From Minisyncoccota bacterium (lineage in GTDB: Bacteria; Patescibacteriota; Patescibacteriia; Patescibacteriales; UBA12465), in NCBI GenBank assembly GCA_021734405.1, contig JAIPJA010000002.1, forward strand, positions 1,145-65,144: a stretch of 64,000 nucleotides of DNA. Reading direction: 5' to 3'. Numbering within the stretch: position 1 is the stretch's first letter; each line of letters opens with the position of its first letter. Of this stretch, positions 20,979 through 31,696 are shown piece after piece. The notes under the pieces were generated by a model, which saw nothing but the letters and a program-made list of their open reading frames with translations, did not search any database and was not told the origin of the DNA. The position numbers were made by a program, and so were the translations under genes.

Positions 20979-22247
20979 ATGAATAACATTTCTAATCAAC
21001 CCCCTAAAGGAACTAGTGACTGGTTACCAGAAGAATTTGCTATTAGGCTCTATATTTTTAAAACTTGGATTAAGGTTTGTCAGTCTTATGGTTTTGACCG
21101 GTATTTAACACCCTTGTTTGAAAATGCTGATATATACAGGGCTAAGTCAGGTGAGGATGTAGGCGTTAAAGAGTTAATGCTTTTAACTGATAGGGCTGGT
21201 AGAGAATTTGCCTTGCGTCCAGAGATGACCCCTAGTGTTACTAGATTAGTTTCTAGAATTTTTGATAAATACCCTAAACCTTTAAGGCTTTTTTCAGTGG
21301 CCAACTTTATCAGAAACGAAAAACCGCAAAGAGGTAGAAATAGAGAATTTTGGCAATTAAATTGTGATATCTTTGGTAGCTCTAGTCTAGAAGCAGATAA
21401 AGAGATATTGCAATTAGCTATTGATATTATGTTGGCTTTTAAGGCTCCTAAAGATTCTTTTGTTTTATCTTTAAATCACAGAAAGCTGGTTGATGATTTA
21501 CTTTCTTTAGCTAATATACAACCAGAAGCTAGAATTCCAGTTATTAGGTTAATGGATAAATGGAATAAGTTAAAAGAGGAAGAGTTAGAAACTGCCTTTA
21601 AAGATTTAAATGTTTCAAGTAATAGTTACAAAATGATAGAAACTTTTATGAAAAGTCAGCATTTATCTGATATTGCCAAATTTTTACCTAAATTAAAAGA
21701 TAGTCAAGGGTTTAAAGAAATTGATGAGATTATAAGTTCAATGATCGATACGGAATATTCTACTTGGGTACGTTTTAATTCTCAGGTTATAAGAGGTCTT
21801 GATTATTATGATGGTATAATTTTTGAAATTTTTGATAAACATCCTGACAATAGAAGAGCTATGTTTGGTGGAGGCAGATACAATGGTTTAGCAGAAATTT
21901 TTGGACAAAAAAGCTTTCCAGCTGTAGGCTTTGCTCCTGGCGATGAAACTACTAAATTATTTTTAGAGTCTTGGGGACTGTTAGAAAGCATAGAAAGACC
22001 AGGTAAGTATTATTTTCCTCTTTTAAGTAATGATTTAAAAATTCCTTTTAATTTACTTTTAAAAAAACTAAGAAAAGATAAAAATATTGAAGCAGGCTTG
22101 GAAGAGCAAAAAATTAACAAAGCTTTGAGTTATGCTAATGCTAAAAAGGTGGATAAGGTGATTATTATGGGAGAAGAGGAGTATAAGAATAAGGAATACA
22201 AGATTAAAGATATGGAGACTGGAAAAGAGGAGACTTTTAAGGTTTAA
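20979..22247 (+). CDS. hisS: Histidine--tRNA ligase
   Basis: LRPEMT, 'RNEKPQRGRNREFWQ', RGLDYY, GGGRY. Confidence 0.96.
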   Translation: MNNISNQPPKGTSDWLPEEFAIRLYIFKTWIKVCQSYGFDRYLTPLFENADIYRAKSGEDVGVKELMLLTDRAGREFALRPEMTPSVTRLVSRIFDKYPKPLRLFSVANFIRNEKPQRGRNREFWQLNCDIFGSSSLEADKEILQLAIDIMLAFKAPKDSFVLSLNHRKLVDDLLSLANIQPEARIPVIRLMDKWNKLKEEELETAFKDLNVSSNSYKMIETFMKSQHLSDIAKFLPKLKDSQGFKEIDEIISSMIDTEYSTWVRFNSQVIRGLDYYDGIIFEIFDKHPDNRRAMFGGGRYNGLAEIFGQKSFPAVGFAPGDETTKLFLESWGLLESIERPGKYYFPLLSNDLKIPFNLLLKKLRKDKNIEAGLEEQKINKALSYANAKKVDKVIIMGEEEYKNKEYKIKDMETGKEETFKV

Positions 22248-22335
22248 AGATTTAAAAAATAAAATTTTTAATTAAATCCTTGATTTTTATTTATTTTTAT
22301 GCTATAAATATCTAATTAAATATTTATTAAAATAA

Positions 22336-23151
22336 ATGATTAAAATATTAGGGCAAATTAATTTAGAAAATTTACCCCAAGAAAAACCTAAGTTTAATTT
22401 TGAAAAGTATAAAGGGTTTTTACAAGAGAAAATGTCTGCTTTAGCAGAAAGGGTGAATAAAGAGCATGGGGAAATATTAAATGCGGATGGCAGTATTAAG
22501 GTTAGTAATCAAGATGACTTAGCTTTAATTAAAGCTCAAGAAGAAGCTTGGGCTAGTGAGACCGGTATTGGTAGGGAAGCATGGTTAGAAAAAAAAGAAA
22601 GTAATAAGGCAGAGATGACTGAAAAAGTTATAACTTTAGTTTTAGATAAAATGTTAGGTGATGATTTTGTAGTAGTAAGAGCTTCTAGTTTTGATGATTA
22701 TAATAATGGGGTAGATAATGTAATTTTAGATAAAAGAACTGGTCAAGTAGTTTGTGGTTTTGATGATGTAATTAGCAGAGACGGGGAAAATGGTAGTGAA
22801 AAGAAAGCTGAGAAGGTAAAGAGAGTTATGGCTAAAGGCGGGGCTAAGTTGAAGTATGGTTTAGATTTAAAAGGTGATGGTAGCATAGAAACAGGACAAT
22901 TAAAAAATTTACCAGCTTTTTATTTGGCTTTAAGTAAGGATGATTTAGCTTCAGCTTTAAAGGTTTTGGAAAATAATGGTTCTGTGTCTGATTTTCAAGA
23001 GTTAGGGTCTAAACTGTTATTATCTTTAGATGATCAAATAAAAAATGTGGATAGAGATGATTTAGATAATGATTTACTTTTTAATTTAAGTGAGTTTGAA
23101 CATTCTTTGTTTGAAATTAAACAGTCTTTTTTAAGTAAATTAGAGAAATAG
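22336..23151 (+). CDS. Hypothetical protein
   Basis: 271-aa ORF with host codon usage; 'DDYNNGVD' motif. Confidence 0.7.
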   Translation: MIKILGQINLENLPQEKPKFNFEKYKGFLQEKMSALAERVNKEHGEILNADGSIKVSNQDDLALIKAQEEAWASETGIGREAWLEKKESNKAEMTEKVITLVLDKMLGDDFVVVRASSFDDYNNGVDNVILDKRTGQVVCGFDDVISRDGENGSEKKAEKVKRVMAKGGAKLKYGLDLKGDGSIETGQLKNLPAFYLALSKDDLASALKVLENNGSVSDFQELGSKLLLSLDDQIKNVDRDDLDNDLLFNLSEFEHSLFEIKQSFLSKLEK

Positions 23152-23244
23152 GTCTGGTTTAGTTTTGTAATTTTGGTTAATTGAGTATTGATTTTTAAAG
23201 CAATTTATTTATAATAATTATATTGTTCATTTTAAAAAATAACT

Positions 23245-23439
23245 ATGAATATGAAAGATGTTTGGCAGTATTATTGGCAGGATATTGGCTTTTTTTGGGA
23301 TTATAAAAAGGAGGATTTTTTAAGCTCAAAAGGTTTGGCCGTAATAGGTAGTATTATTTTTACGGTTATTTTTACTTTTGCTCAAATACTTATCAGTTTA
23401 GTGTTTGTGTTTTACAAGCCTTTAGCTTATAGGCAGTAA
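23245..23439 (+). CDS. Small hypothetical membrane protein
   Basis: 64 aa, one TM, own promoter-like and terminator signals. Confidence 0.55.
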   Translation: MNMKDVWQYYWQDIGFFWDYKKEDFLSSKGLAVIGSIIFTVIFTFAQILISLVFVFYKPLAYRQ

Positions 23440-23447
23440 AGATTTGT

Positions 23448-23474
23448 AACCGTCTCTAAAAAGGGGCGGTTTTT
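23448..23474 (+). terminator. Intrinsic terminator
   Basis: AACCGTCTCT/AGGGGCGGTT plus T run. Confidence 0.65.
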
Positions 23475-23551
23475 AATAAATTATAATTTTATAATTGTAA
23501 TTTGTTTATATTTCATGCTAAACTTTTAATATAAAAAGTGTTTTTAATGTT

Positions 23552-24952
23552 ATGCAAAAATTATCACTACATAACACCCTTAGTCGAAAAAAAGAAGAAT
23601 TTAAGCCCATAATTGATGGGGAAGTCGGACTATATACTTGTGGCCCAACTGTATATAATTTTGCTCATTTAGGTAATTTACGCACCTATTTGTTTGAAGA
23701 TTTTTTAAAGAGATCTTTGTTTTTTGCTGGCTACAAAGTAAAACATGTAATGAATATTACTGATGTTGGTCATTTAGTTGGAGATGGGGATATGGGTGAA
23801 GATAAATTGGAGAAAAGATCTAAAATTGAGAAAAAAAGTGCTTGGGAAATCGCTGATTTTTATTTAGAAGCTTTTAAGTTGGATTTATCTCATTTAAACA
23901 TTATTTTTCCCTCTAATTGGTATAAAGCAACTGAGACTATCTCTGAGCAAATAAAGCTCATAGAAGAGCTTGAACTAAAAGGCTATGCCTATAGAATCTC
24001 TGATGGTATATATTTTGATACTTCTAAATTTAAAGATTATACTAAGCTAAGTCATCAAAAAATTGAAGACTTACAAGAAGGTGCTAGAGTAGAGAAAAAT
24101 CAAGAGAAAAGAAACCCAACTGATTTTGCTCTATGGAAGTTTTCACCTGAAAATGAGAAACGACAAATGGAATGGGAGTCCCCTTGGGGACTAGGTTTTC
24201 CAGGTTGGCATATTGAATGTAGTGCTATGAGTTTAAAAGGTTTAGGTAAGCAATTAGATATTCACTGTGGTGGAGTTGATCATGTAAATATTCATCACAC
24301 CAATGAAATTGCGCAGTCTGAGGCTGCTACAGGAGAAAAGTTTTTTAATTATTGGCTTCATGGAGCTTTTTTAATTGTTTCTGGTGGTAAAAAAATGGCT
24401 AAGAGTAAAGATAACTTTTTAACTTTAAAAAATGCTTTAATAGATAAAAATTTACATTCTTTAGCTTTTCGCTTGGCTTGTTTACAAGCGCATTATCGTA
24501 AACCTTTAGAGTATAGTGAAGATATGCTTCAAGCTTCAAATAATGCGCTTTTAGCTATATATGATAAGGTTAATTTCTTGGGTAGAGAGGTGGCGGAAGT
24601 AGATAATAATTATTTACAGGAGTTTAAAAGTTTAGTATTTGATGATTTAAACTTACCTCAAGCTTTAGCGGTTTTTCATAAATTACTAAAAGATGAGTCA
24701 GTTAAAAAAGCAGTGAAATTAGCTACTGCACTGGAGATGGATAAAGTTTTAGGTTTGAATTTAAAGTCAGTTATAGAAAATGAAGAGGATATTGAAATTC
24801 CCGATGAGATTGAAAAATTAGCTAAAGCTAGACAATTAAGTCGTGAACAAAAAGACTTTAAAGAAGCGGATTTAATACGAGAAGAAATAGAGGCCAAAGG
24901 TTATATCATAGAAGAGAGCCAGCAGGGCTTTGTTATTAAGAAAAAACGTTAG
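23552..24952 (+). CDS. cysS: Cysteine--tRNA ligase
   Basis: [23 protein letters not shown]. Confidence 0.97.
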   Translation: MQKLSLHNTLSRKKEEFKPIIDGEVGLYTCGPTVYNFAHLGNLRTYLFEDFLKRSLFFAGYKVKHVMNITDVGHLVGDGDMGEDKLEKRSKIEKKSAWEIADFYLEAFKLDLSHLNIIFPSNWYKATETISEQIKLIEELELKGYAYRISDGIYFDTSKFKDYTKLSHQKIEDLQEGARVEKNQEKRNPTDFALWKFSPENEKRQMEWESPWGLGFPGWHIECSAMSLKGLGKQLDIHCGGVDHVNIHHTNEIAQSEAATGEKFFNYWLHGAFLIVSGGKKMAKSKDNFLTLKNALIDKNLHSLAFRLACLQAHYRKPLEYSEDMLQASNNALLAIYDKVNFLGREVAEVDNNYLQEFKSLVFDDLNLPQALAVFHKLLKDESVKKAVKLATALEMDKVLGLNLKSVIENEEDIEIPDEIEKLAKARQLSREQKDFKEADLIREEIEAKGYIIEESQQGFVIKKKR

Positions 24953-24964
24953 AGAAGAGTGAAG

Positions 24965-25900
24965 ATGAAAAATAATTTTTGGCAACAACTTGAAAAACCT
25001 ATTATAGCTTTAGCGCCCATGGCGGGTGTAAATGATCTGGCTTTTAGGCATGTTTGTAAAAGTTTTGGCGCTGATGTTATATATAGTGAAATGGCCTCAG
25101 CAACGGCTTTAGCTAGAAACCCTGAAAAAACCTTAAAGATGTTAGAGTTTGAACAGGTTGATAGGCCTTATGTCATTCAGATTTTTGGCTCTAAAGTAGA
25201 AGATTTTTCTCCAGCTGTAAAAAGATTAGAAAAGGAATTAGACTTTGATGGTATTGATATTAATTTTGGTTGTCCGGTTAACAAGGTTATTAAACAAGGG
25301 GCAGGGGCTATATTAATGCAAGAAAAATTAGCTGCTAAAAAAATAATAGCTAAAACTCTTGAGGTTGCTTCTTTGCCTGTTTCTATTAAAACTAGAATTA
25401 AATCAGGAGAAGTAGAAGTTTTGGATTTTTTAAAATATATTCAGGATTTGCCAGTTTCTGCTTTAATGATCCATGGTCGTAGTTTGAGTCAAGGTTTTGT
25501 TGGAGAGATAGATTATAGGGTGATAAAAAAAGCTAGAAAATATTTTTCTGGCATTATTTTAGCTAATGGTGGTATAAATAATTATAGTCAAGCTGAAAAA
25601 ACTTTGAAGCTGACAAGATCTGATGGTTTAGGTATAGCTCGTGGAGCTTTGGGACGTCCGTGGTTGTTTAAAGAAATAAAAGAAGGAAAAGAACTGGAGC
25701 TATCTTTATCTGAGATAGCCAGCGTGGCTTTAAAGCAGACTAAGTTAGCCTATAAATACAGACAGGATTCTGGTATTAAAGAAATGAGAAAGCATTTAGC
25801 TTGGTATATGCAAAATTTTCCTGGGGCTAAAAATTTGAGAAATAAGTTAATAAAAGTGGAAAGCTTAAAGGATGTAGAAACTATTTTAAAAAACATATGA
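24965..25900 (+). CDS. dusB: tRNA-dihydrouridine synthase
   Basis: LAPMAG, INFGCP, HGR, ANGG, ARGALGRPW; alternative start at 24959. Confidence 0.9.
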   Translation: MKNNFWQQLEKPIIALAPMAGVNDLAFRHVCKSFGADVIYSEMASATALARNPEKTLKMLEFEQVDRPYVIQIFGSKVEDFSPAVKRLEKELDFDGIDINFGCPVNKVIKQGAGAILMQEKLAAKKIIAKTLEVASLPVSIKTRIKSGEVEVLDFLKYIQDLPVSALMIHGRSLSQGFVGEIDYRVIKKARKYFSGIILANGGINNYSQAEKTLKLTRSDGLGIARGALGRPWLFKEIKEGKELELSLSEIASVALKQTKLAYKYRQDSGIKEMRKHLAWYMQNFPGAKNLRNKLIKVESLKDVETILKNI

Positions 25901-26292
25901 TTTTATATTTAGATACAACTGAATACGGCTTAATAATTTTAAGTTTATTAAAGAAGCAGGGAAAGACTGAAAAAGAAATTTTTAGAAAAGAATTTACAGC
26001 TACAGGTAAGAGTCAATCAGAGAAACTTTTGCCAAGTATTGATAAGTTTTTAACTTTAGTTAAAGTTTCTTGGAATAAGATAAAAGTAATTAGAGTTAAA
26101 AATCAAGGTGGTAGTTTTACAGGATTAAGGTTAGGAGTGATAACTGCCAACACTTTAGCTTGGTCTAAAAATTTAAAACTTGAAGGCACTAAAGATGACT
26201 ATATTATTAAGGCAGGAATTAAATTATTAAAACCTATTTATGAAAAAGAACCTGATATAGTGATAAATAAAAATAAATATGGCTTAGATTAG
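25897..26292 (+). CDS. tsaB: Short TsaB-like protein
   Basis: 'LYLDT', 'SEKLLPSI', 'GSFTGLRLG'. Confidence 0.8.
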   Translation: MILYLDTTEYGLIILSLLKKQGKTEKEIFRKEFTATGKSQSEKLLPSIDKFLTLVKVSWNKIKVIRVKNQGGSFTGLRLGVITANTLAWSKNLKLEGTKDDYIIKAGIKLLKPIYEKEPDIVINKNKYGLD

Positions 26293-26301
26293 TTCTTTAC
26301 C

Positions 26302-26310
26302 TGTGGATAA
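26302..26310 (-). promoter_or_regulatory. Single perfect DnaA box
   Basis: TGTGGATAA is the reverse complement of TTATCCACA; lies upstream of the mraZ promoter. Confidence 0.45.
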
Positions 26311-26390
26311 CTTGTGACAAGTTTTTAAAAATTTATTTTTTTTCTTTTAAAATCCCTAAAATTAGGGATTTTTTATATTTATTAAAAGTG

Positions 26391-26456
26391 TTGACCTTAG
26401 TGGGTAAGTGGTGTATAATTAAACTACTTAGGTGATTAGTGGGGAATTAAGGTGAT
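26391..26456 (+). promoter_or_regulatory. dcw promoter with MraZ-type GTGG repeats
   Basis: TTGACC-17-TATAAT (26391-26419) containing AGTGGG/AGTGG; further AGTGGGG and GGTGAT repeats downstream. Confidence 0.75.
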
Positions 26457-26465
26457 AATACTTTT

Positions 26466-26897
26466 ATGTTTATAGGTGAATACAATCACAATTTAGACGC
26501 TAAAGGCAGACTGGCTATACCAGCTAAATTTCGTGCGTCATTTAAAAAAGGGGCAGTTGTAACCAAGGGTTTGGATAACTGCTTATTTTTTTATTCTAAA
26601 GATCAGTGGAAGGAAATGGCAGAAAAATTTTCTAAATTACCATTAGGTCCAGCTAAAGCCAGAGCTTTTGCTAGACATATGTTAGCTGGAGCTATGGATG
26701 TTGAATTTGATAATCAAGGCAGAATAACTTTACCTGAATATTTAAGAAATTTTGCTGGTTTAGGTAAACAAGCTGTTATTGCTGGATTATATAATCATTT
26801 AGAAATTTGGGATAAAGATTCTTGGGAAAAATACAAGAAACAAGCAGAGAAAAATAGCGGAGATATTGCTGAGAGTTTAACTGAGTTAGGAGTGTAA
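26466..26897 (+). CDS. mraZ: Division/cell wall cluster repressor MraZ
   Basis: DAKGR and DNQGR repeats; first gene of the dcw cluster. Confidence 0.96.
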   Translation: MFIGEYNHNLDAKGRLAIPAKFRASFKKGAVVTKGLDNCLFFYSKDQWKEMAEKFSKLPLGPAKARAFARHMLAGAMDVEFDNQGRITLPEYLRNFAGLGKQAVIAGLYNHLEIWDKDSWEKYKKQAEKNSGDIAESLTELGV

Positions 26898-26902
26898 TTT
26901 TT

Positions 26903-27853
26903 ATGAAAGAAACTATTCATAAGCCTGTTCTTTTAGAAGAAGTATTATCTTTTTTAAGTTTAAAATCTGGATATTGTTGTATAGATTGCACTTTAGGAGG
27001 AGCTGGATATAGTTTAGCGATTTCTCAAAAAATTGGTCCAGAAGGTAAGTTATTAGCTATTGATTTAGACTTAGAAGCTATTTCTAGAGCTCAGGAAATT
27101 ATTAAAGAGAAAAAGATAAAAAATATTATTTTAGAGTCTGGAAATTTTAAAGATATAGAAATCTTAGCCAAAAAGCAATTTAAAGAAAATAAACAAGTTG
27201 ACGCTATTGTAGCCGACTTAGGTCTTTCCATGGATCAATTAAAAGATCAATTTCGTACTTTTTCTTTCAATAGTCAGGCTAAATTAAATTTTAGTTATAG
27301 CCAACAAGAAAATTTCGGTAAATCTTTAGGGATTATAAACAATGCTTCAGTTAGAGAGCTAACAGAAATTTTAAGAAGTTATGGTGAGGAAAGATTTGCT
27401 GGACCTATAGCTAAAAAAATAGTATTTATTAGAGCTAAAAGAAAGATAAAAACTGGAGCTGAGCTTAAAGAAGTAATTGAGCAGGCAGTTCCTAGAAAAT
27501 ATTGGCCTAAAGGAATTTCTGTAGCTACCAAAAGTTTTCAAGCCCTGCGAATTGTAGTAAATAACGAGTTTCAGAGTTTAGAAGAATTTTTACCAAAAGC
27601 TGTAAAAATTTTAAAACCTGGGGGAAGGTTAGTTATAGTGAGTTTTCATAGTTTAGAAGATAGGATTGTTAAAAGATATTTTAAAAAAGTAGCCTCTGAC
27701 TGTATTTGTCCCAAAGAATCACCTATTTGCAATTGTAATTATCAGCCAATTATTAAAATTATAAATAAAAAACCTATCACCGCTAGTGAGAAAGAATTAC
27801 AATTTAACCCTAGTTCTCGCAGTGCTAAACTTAGGGTGGTAGAGAAAATTTAA
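26903..27853 (+). CDS. rsmH: 16S rRNA m4C1402 methyltransferase
   Basis: HKPVLL, DCTLGGAG, FQALRIVVN, SFHSLED. Confidence 0.96.
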   Translation: MKETIHKPVLLEEVLSFLSLKSGYCCIDCTLGGAGYSLAISQKIGPEGKLLAIDLDLEAISRAQEIIKEKKIKNIILESGNFKDIEILAKKQFKENKQVDAIVADLGLSMDQLKDQFRTFSFNSQAKLNFSYSQQENFGKSLGIINNASVRELTEILRSYGEERFAGPIAKKIVFIRAKRKIKTGAELKEVIEQAVPRKYWPKGISVATKSFQALRIVVNNEFQSLEEFLPKAVKILKPGGRLVIVSFHSLEDRIVKRYFKKVASDCICPKESPICNCNYQPIIKIINKKPITASEKELQFNPSSRSAKLRVVEKI

Positions 27854-27859
27854 AAACCC

Positions 27860-28189
27860 ATGAATAAACAATATAGCACTTGTCGTGTGCAAAAAAATCG
27901 AAAATCGCTTGTTAAATTTTTAAATGGTTGTATTTTATTTGGCTTGGCCCTTACCTTAATCTATTACATTGCAAGCGTTAACGATTTAGCAGTCAAAGGC
28001 TTTGACTTACAGAATTTGAAGTCAGAAGCCAAAGCCTTGGCTGCGGAAAATCAGAGTAAAAGTGCTCGCAAAACTTCCTTGCAAGCTCTTTATGAATCTA
28101 AAAGTAAAATTGATCAATTAGGACTAGTGAAGGTAGATAATATTACCTATATTACAGTTTCTAAAGGAGAGCAGGTGGCTAAAAAGTAA
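27860..28189 (+). CDS. ftsL: FtsL-like cell division protein
   Basis: TM plus coiled coil, between rsmH and the PBP gene. Confidence 0.6.
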   Translation: MNKQYSTCRVQKNRKSLVKFLNGCILFGLALTLIYYIASVNDLAVKGFDLQNLKSEAKALAAENQSKSARKTSLQALYESKSKIDQLGLVKVDNITYITVSKGEQVAKK

Positions 28190-28279
28190 TTTATGGAGAT
28201 TTTTTTAAGAATTTTAAATCAATCAGAAGAGATTATAAATATTTGTAAGTACTTTTTAAACTTGGGTAGATAGTTTCTT

Positions 28280-30373
28280 ATGATTAAGAACTCCAAAAAA
28301 AATAGAAGATTTAAAAAAAGTAATAATCGCCTGTATTTAGTTGTTGCGGTTATTTTTTTATTATACTTAGCTTTGTTGACGAAGCTATATAAGGTGCAAA
28401 TATTAAATCATGATTATTATACTGCTTTAGCTTCTAGTCAGCATGAAATGCAAGCCACTTTGCAACCAGAAAGAGGTAGTATTTTTATTTCAGATAGTAA
28501 TGGTAAAGAAGTTTTCCCTGTGGCTGCTAATAAAAATTTTGCTTCTGTTTTTTTTGTGCCTAAAGAAGCTATTAATTTAGATGTTTTAGCGGAGAAAGTG
28601 TATTTAGCTTTAAATCATAAGGAGGTGTTATCTTTAGTTGAGGAGAAATTTGCTAAAGAACAAGAGGAGGAATTACAACAAGAAATAAATTATATTAATT
28701 CTTTAGATCTAAGCGAAGAAGAAAGAAAGTCACGTTTAGAAAATGCTAAATATAGACTGTCTCATCCAAATCAAGAGAAAGCAGAGCTTTTGGAAATAGA
28801 AAAAAATTTAGAAATTGAAAAAGCCAAAGAAGAAATTTTAGAAAATTATTTAAAAAAACTTAGAAAAAGAAATGATCCTTATGAGCCTGTAAAAGATAAA
28901 GTGAGCGAAGAAGAAATTTTAATACTTTTTAGATATTTAGCTGCCACGTCTGACGAACCTTTACCGGAAGAGACTTTAAGGGTTAATAATTTTAAGATAT
29001 ATTTGCAATCAGATCAATATAATTTAGATGAGAATATAGAATTAAAAGAAGATGGTCAAATAATTTATCCAGGCATATCTTATCAATTAAAAACTTTTCG
29101 TTATTATCCTGAAAAAGAAATTGTGGCTCATTTAGTTGGTTTTGCTAGTAGCCAAGATGATTTGCCAGAGGGAAGATATGGTTTAGAAGAATTTTTTAAT
29201 GCTGAGCTTTCTGGACAAAGTGGTTATTTGCAAGCTAATCGTGGTTCGGGTAGGGTTATAAATGTAAATGATAGAAAATACAGTAAAGCTGTAAATGGAG
29301 CAGATATTTTTTTAACCATAGATCTTTCAGTTCAATTTATGATTTGTGATAAATTAAAACAAGGAATAGAAAAATACGATGCAGAAAGCGGCACAGTTAT
29401 AGTAGTAGAGCCTAAAACTGGAGCTATTTTAGCTATGTGTTCTTTGCCTAGTTTCGATCCTAATAGTTATGCTGAAGTAGAAGATTTGAAAGTTTTTAAT
29501 AATCCTGCTACTTTTTATCAATATGAACCAGGTTCTATTTTTAAAACTATAACTATGGCTATAGCTCTTGACCAAAATAAAATAGAGCCCCATACTTATT
29601 ATGAAGATAAAGGACAAATAATGATAAAGGGGTGGCCTAAACCTATAAAAAACTCAGATTTTTTTACTCATGGCCCTCATGGACAAGTTGACATGAATAC
29701 TGTTTTAGCTGAATCTTTAAACACTGGTGCTATTTTTGCCATGCAAAAGGTTGGTAAGGATAAGTTCTCTGAGTATGTAGAAAAATTTGGTTTTGGTCAA
29801 AAAAGTGGTATCGAATTAGGCTCAGAGGCTACTGGAAACATAAATAATCTTTTAGAAAATAATATTAAAGAAGTCGACGCCGCTACAGCCTCTTTTGGTC
29901 AAGGCATAGCTGTAACTCCCCTACAAATGATAATGTCTTATGCAGCTATAGCTAATGGAGGCACTTTAATGAAGCCATATTTAGTTAAAGAAATTAAATT
30001 TTCTGATGGTAACTCTGAAGTTGTGCAACCAAGAATTATTAGGCAAGTTATTTCCCAAAAGAGTGCTAGTTTAACTTCAGCTATGTTAGTTAATGTTTTA
30101 GAATCTGGCCATGCCATAAAGGCTAAAGTGCCTGGATATTATATAGGTGGAAAAACTGGGACTGCCCAAGTGGCTAATTCTGGCGGATATAGTGAAAATA
30201 ATTTTATTCATAGTTTTGTAGGTATTGCCCCAATTGATAATCCAGCTTTTGTAGTTCTAGTAAAACTAGATCATCCCCAGGCAGTAAAGTTTTCCGCTGA
30301 CTCAGCTGCACCAGTCTTTAGTGATATTGCTGACTTTTTATTAAAATATTATCAAATTCCTCAAGATAGATAG
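28280..30373 (+). CDS. ftsI: Class B penicillin-binding protein (FtsI-like) with charged insertion
   Basis: SIFK, SLN, KTG motifs; dcw position. Confidence 0.9.
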   Translation: MIKNSKKNRRFKKSNNRLYLVVAVIFLLYLALLTKLYKVQILNHDYYTALASSQHEMQATLQPERGSIFISDSNGKEVFPVAANKNFASVFFVPKEAINLDVLAEKVYLALNHKEVLSLVEEKFAKEQEEELQQEINYINSLDLSEEERKSRLENAKYRLSHPNQEKAELLEIEKNLEIEKAKEEILENYLKKLRKRNDPYEPVKDKVSEEEILILFRYLAATSDEPLPEETLRVNNFKIYLQSDQYNLDENIELKEDGQIIYPGISYQLKTFRYYPEKEIVAHLVGFASSQDDLPEGRYGLEEFFNAELSGQSGYLQANRGSGRVINVNDRKYSKAVNGADIFLTIDLSVQFMICDKLKQGIEKYDAESGTVIVVEPKTGAILAMCSLPSFDPNSYAEVEDLKVFNNPATFYQYEPGSIFKTITMAIALDQNKIEPHTYYEDKGQIMIKGWPKPIKNSDFFTHGPHGQVDMNTVLAESLNTGAIFAMQKVGKDKFSEYVEKFGFGQKSGIELGSEATGNINNLLENNIKEVDAATASFGQGIAVTPLQMIMSYAAIANGGTLMKPYLVKEIKFSDGNSEVVQPRIIRQVISQKSASLTSAMLVNVLESGHAIKAKVPGYYIGGKTGTAQVANSGGYSENNFIHSFVGIAPIDNPAFVVLVKLDHPQAVKFSADSAAPVFSDIADFLLKYYQIPQDR

Positions 30374-30386
30374 GAAATAAAAATAT

Positions 30387-31688
30387 ATGAAAAAGATATT
30401 ACAAAAAACTTTAAGATTTTTCTCTAAATTAATTTTAAAAAAATATCAACCCAAAGTGGTAGGTATTACTGGGTCAGTTGGAAAAACTAGCACTAAAGAG
30501 GCTGTTTTTCAGGTTTTATCTGGCCCTTTCAAATGTAGATCTACTTATAAAAATTTTAATAATGAGATTGGTTTGCCTCTCACTATTATAGGTATTTCTG
30601 AATCACCAGGAAGAAATTTTTGGGGGTGGTTTTTGGTTTTTCTAAAAGCTTGTAAACTTATTTTAATAAAAGATAATAATTATCCTAATATTTTGATTCT
30701 GGAAATGGGCGTAGATAGACCTAATGATATGGATTATTTACTTAGTATAGTTAAGGTTGATATTGCTATTGTTAGTTCTGTTAGTCATTCTCATTTAGAG
30801 TTTTTTAAAAAAGTAGAAGCTATAGCTAAAGAAAAGGGAAAATTAGTAAAAAGTTTAAGTAAAAGTGGAAGTGCAATTTTAAATTTTGACAATCCTTTAA
30901 GTCGTCAGTTCAAATCTTTAAGTCAAGCTAAAGTATTTTTCTATGGACTGCAAATCGGGGCTGATTTAAAAGCAGTAGATTTAAATTATAATTTCTCTAA
31001 TTTTGCTTCACAAGAGCCTAGTTTAGAAAAAATCAGTGGCCTTAATTTGAAATTAGAATGGCAAGGATCTTTAGTTCCCTTATCTCTTAAAAAAGCCTCA
31101 AATTTAAATGCTGTTTATGCTGGTATGGCGGCTATTTTAACAGGTTTAAGATTAGGTCTGAATTTAATGGAAATTTTATCTAGTTTGTCTGATTTTTCCA
31201 TGCCCCCTGGAAGACTTAATATAATTAGTGGCATTAAACATACTTATATTATTGATGATACCTATAACGCCTCACCAGAGTCTACTTTGGCTGCTCTTGA
31301 TTTTTTATCTAAAATGAAATTTTCTAATTCTCGGAAAATTTTAGTTATGGGCGAGATGTTAGAATTAGGATCTTATACAGAGAAAGGACATCAATTAGTA
31401 GGGGAAGAAGCTTCAAAAGTAGTGGATGTTTTAATTGCTGTGGGTGAAAAAGCTAGAGGGATAATAAGGGGAGCCATAGAAGCTGGTTTTGATAAAGACA
31501 AATGTTTTTATTTTAATGACTCTGATAGCGCTGGACGTTTTTTGCAAGAACTGGTAGAGTTAAATGATATTGTTTTAGTAAAAGGCTCTCAAGGCTCTAG
31601 AATGGAAAAAGTAGTTAAAGAGATTATGGCTAACCCTTTAGAGGCTGAAAGTAAATTAGTTAGACAGAATCAATCTTGGTTGCACTAA
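30387..31688 (+). CDS. murF: UDP-MurNAc-tripeptide--D-Ala-D-Ala ligase
   Basis: GSVGKT, NNEIGLP, DDTYNASP, VKGSQG. Confidence 0.93.
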   Translation: MKKILQKTLRFFSKLILKKYQPKVVGITGSVGKTSTKEAVFQVLSGPFKCRSTYKNFNNEIGLPLTIIGISESPGRNFWGWFLVFLKACKLILIKDNNYPNILILEMGVDRPNDMDYLLSIVKVDIAIVSSVSHSHLEFFKKVEAIAKEKGKLVKSLSKSGSAILNFDNPLSRQFKSLSQAKVFFYGLQIGADLKAVDLNYNFSNFASQEPSLEKISGLNLKLEWQGSLVPLSLKKASNLNAVYAGMAAILTGLRLGLNLMEILSSLSDFSMPPGRLNIISGIKHTYIIDDTYNASPESTLAALDFLSKMKFSNSRKILVMGEMLELGSYTEKGHQLVGEEASKVVDVLIAVGEKARGIIRGAIEAGFDKDKCFYFNDSDSAGRFLQELVELNDIVLVKGSQGSRMEKVVKEIMANPLEAESKLVRQNQSWLH

Positions 31689-31696
31689 ATATTTGT

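Noticed and set aside
26302..26310. Replication origin
   Set aside because: Only one DnaA box, no dnaA nearby, and no switch in gene orientation
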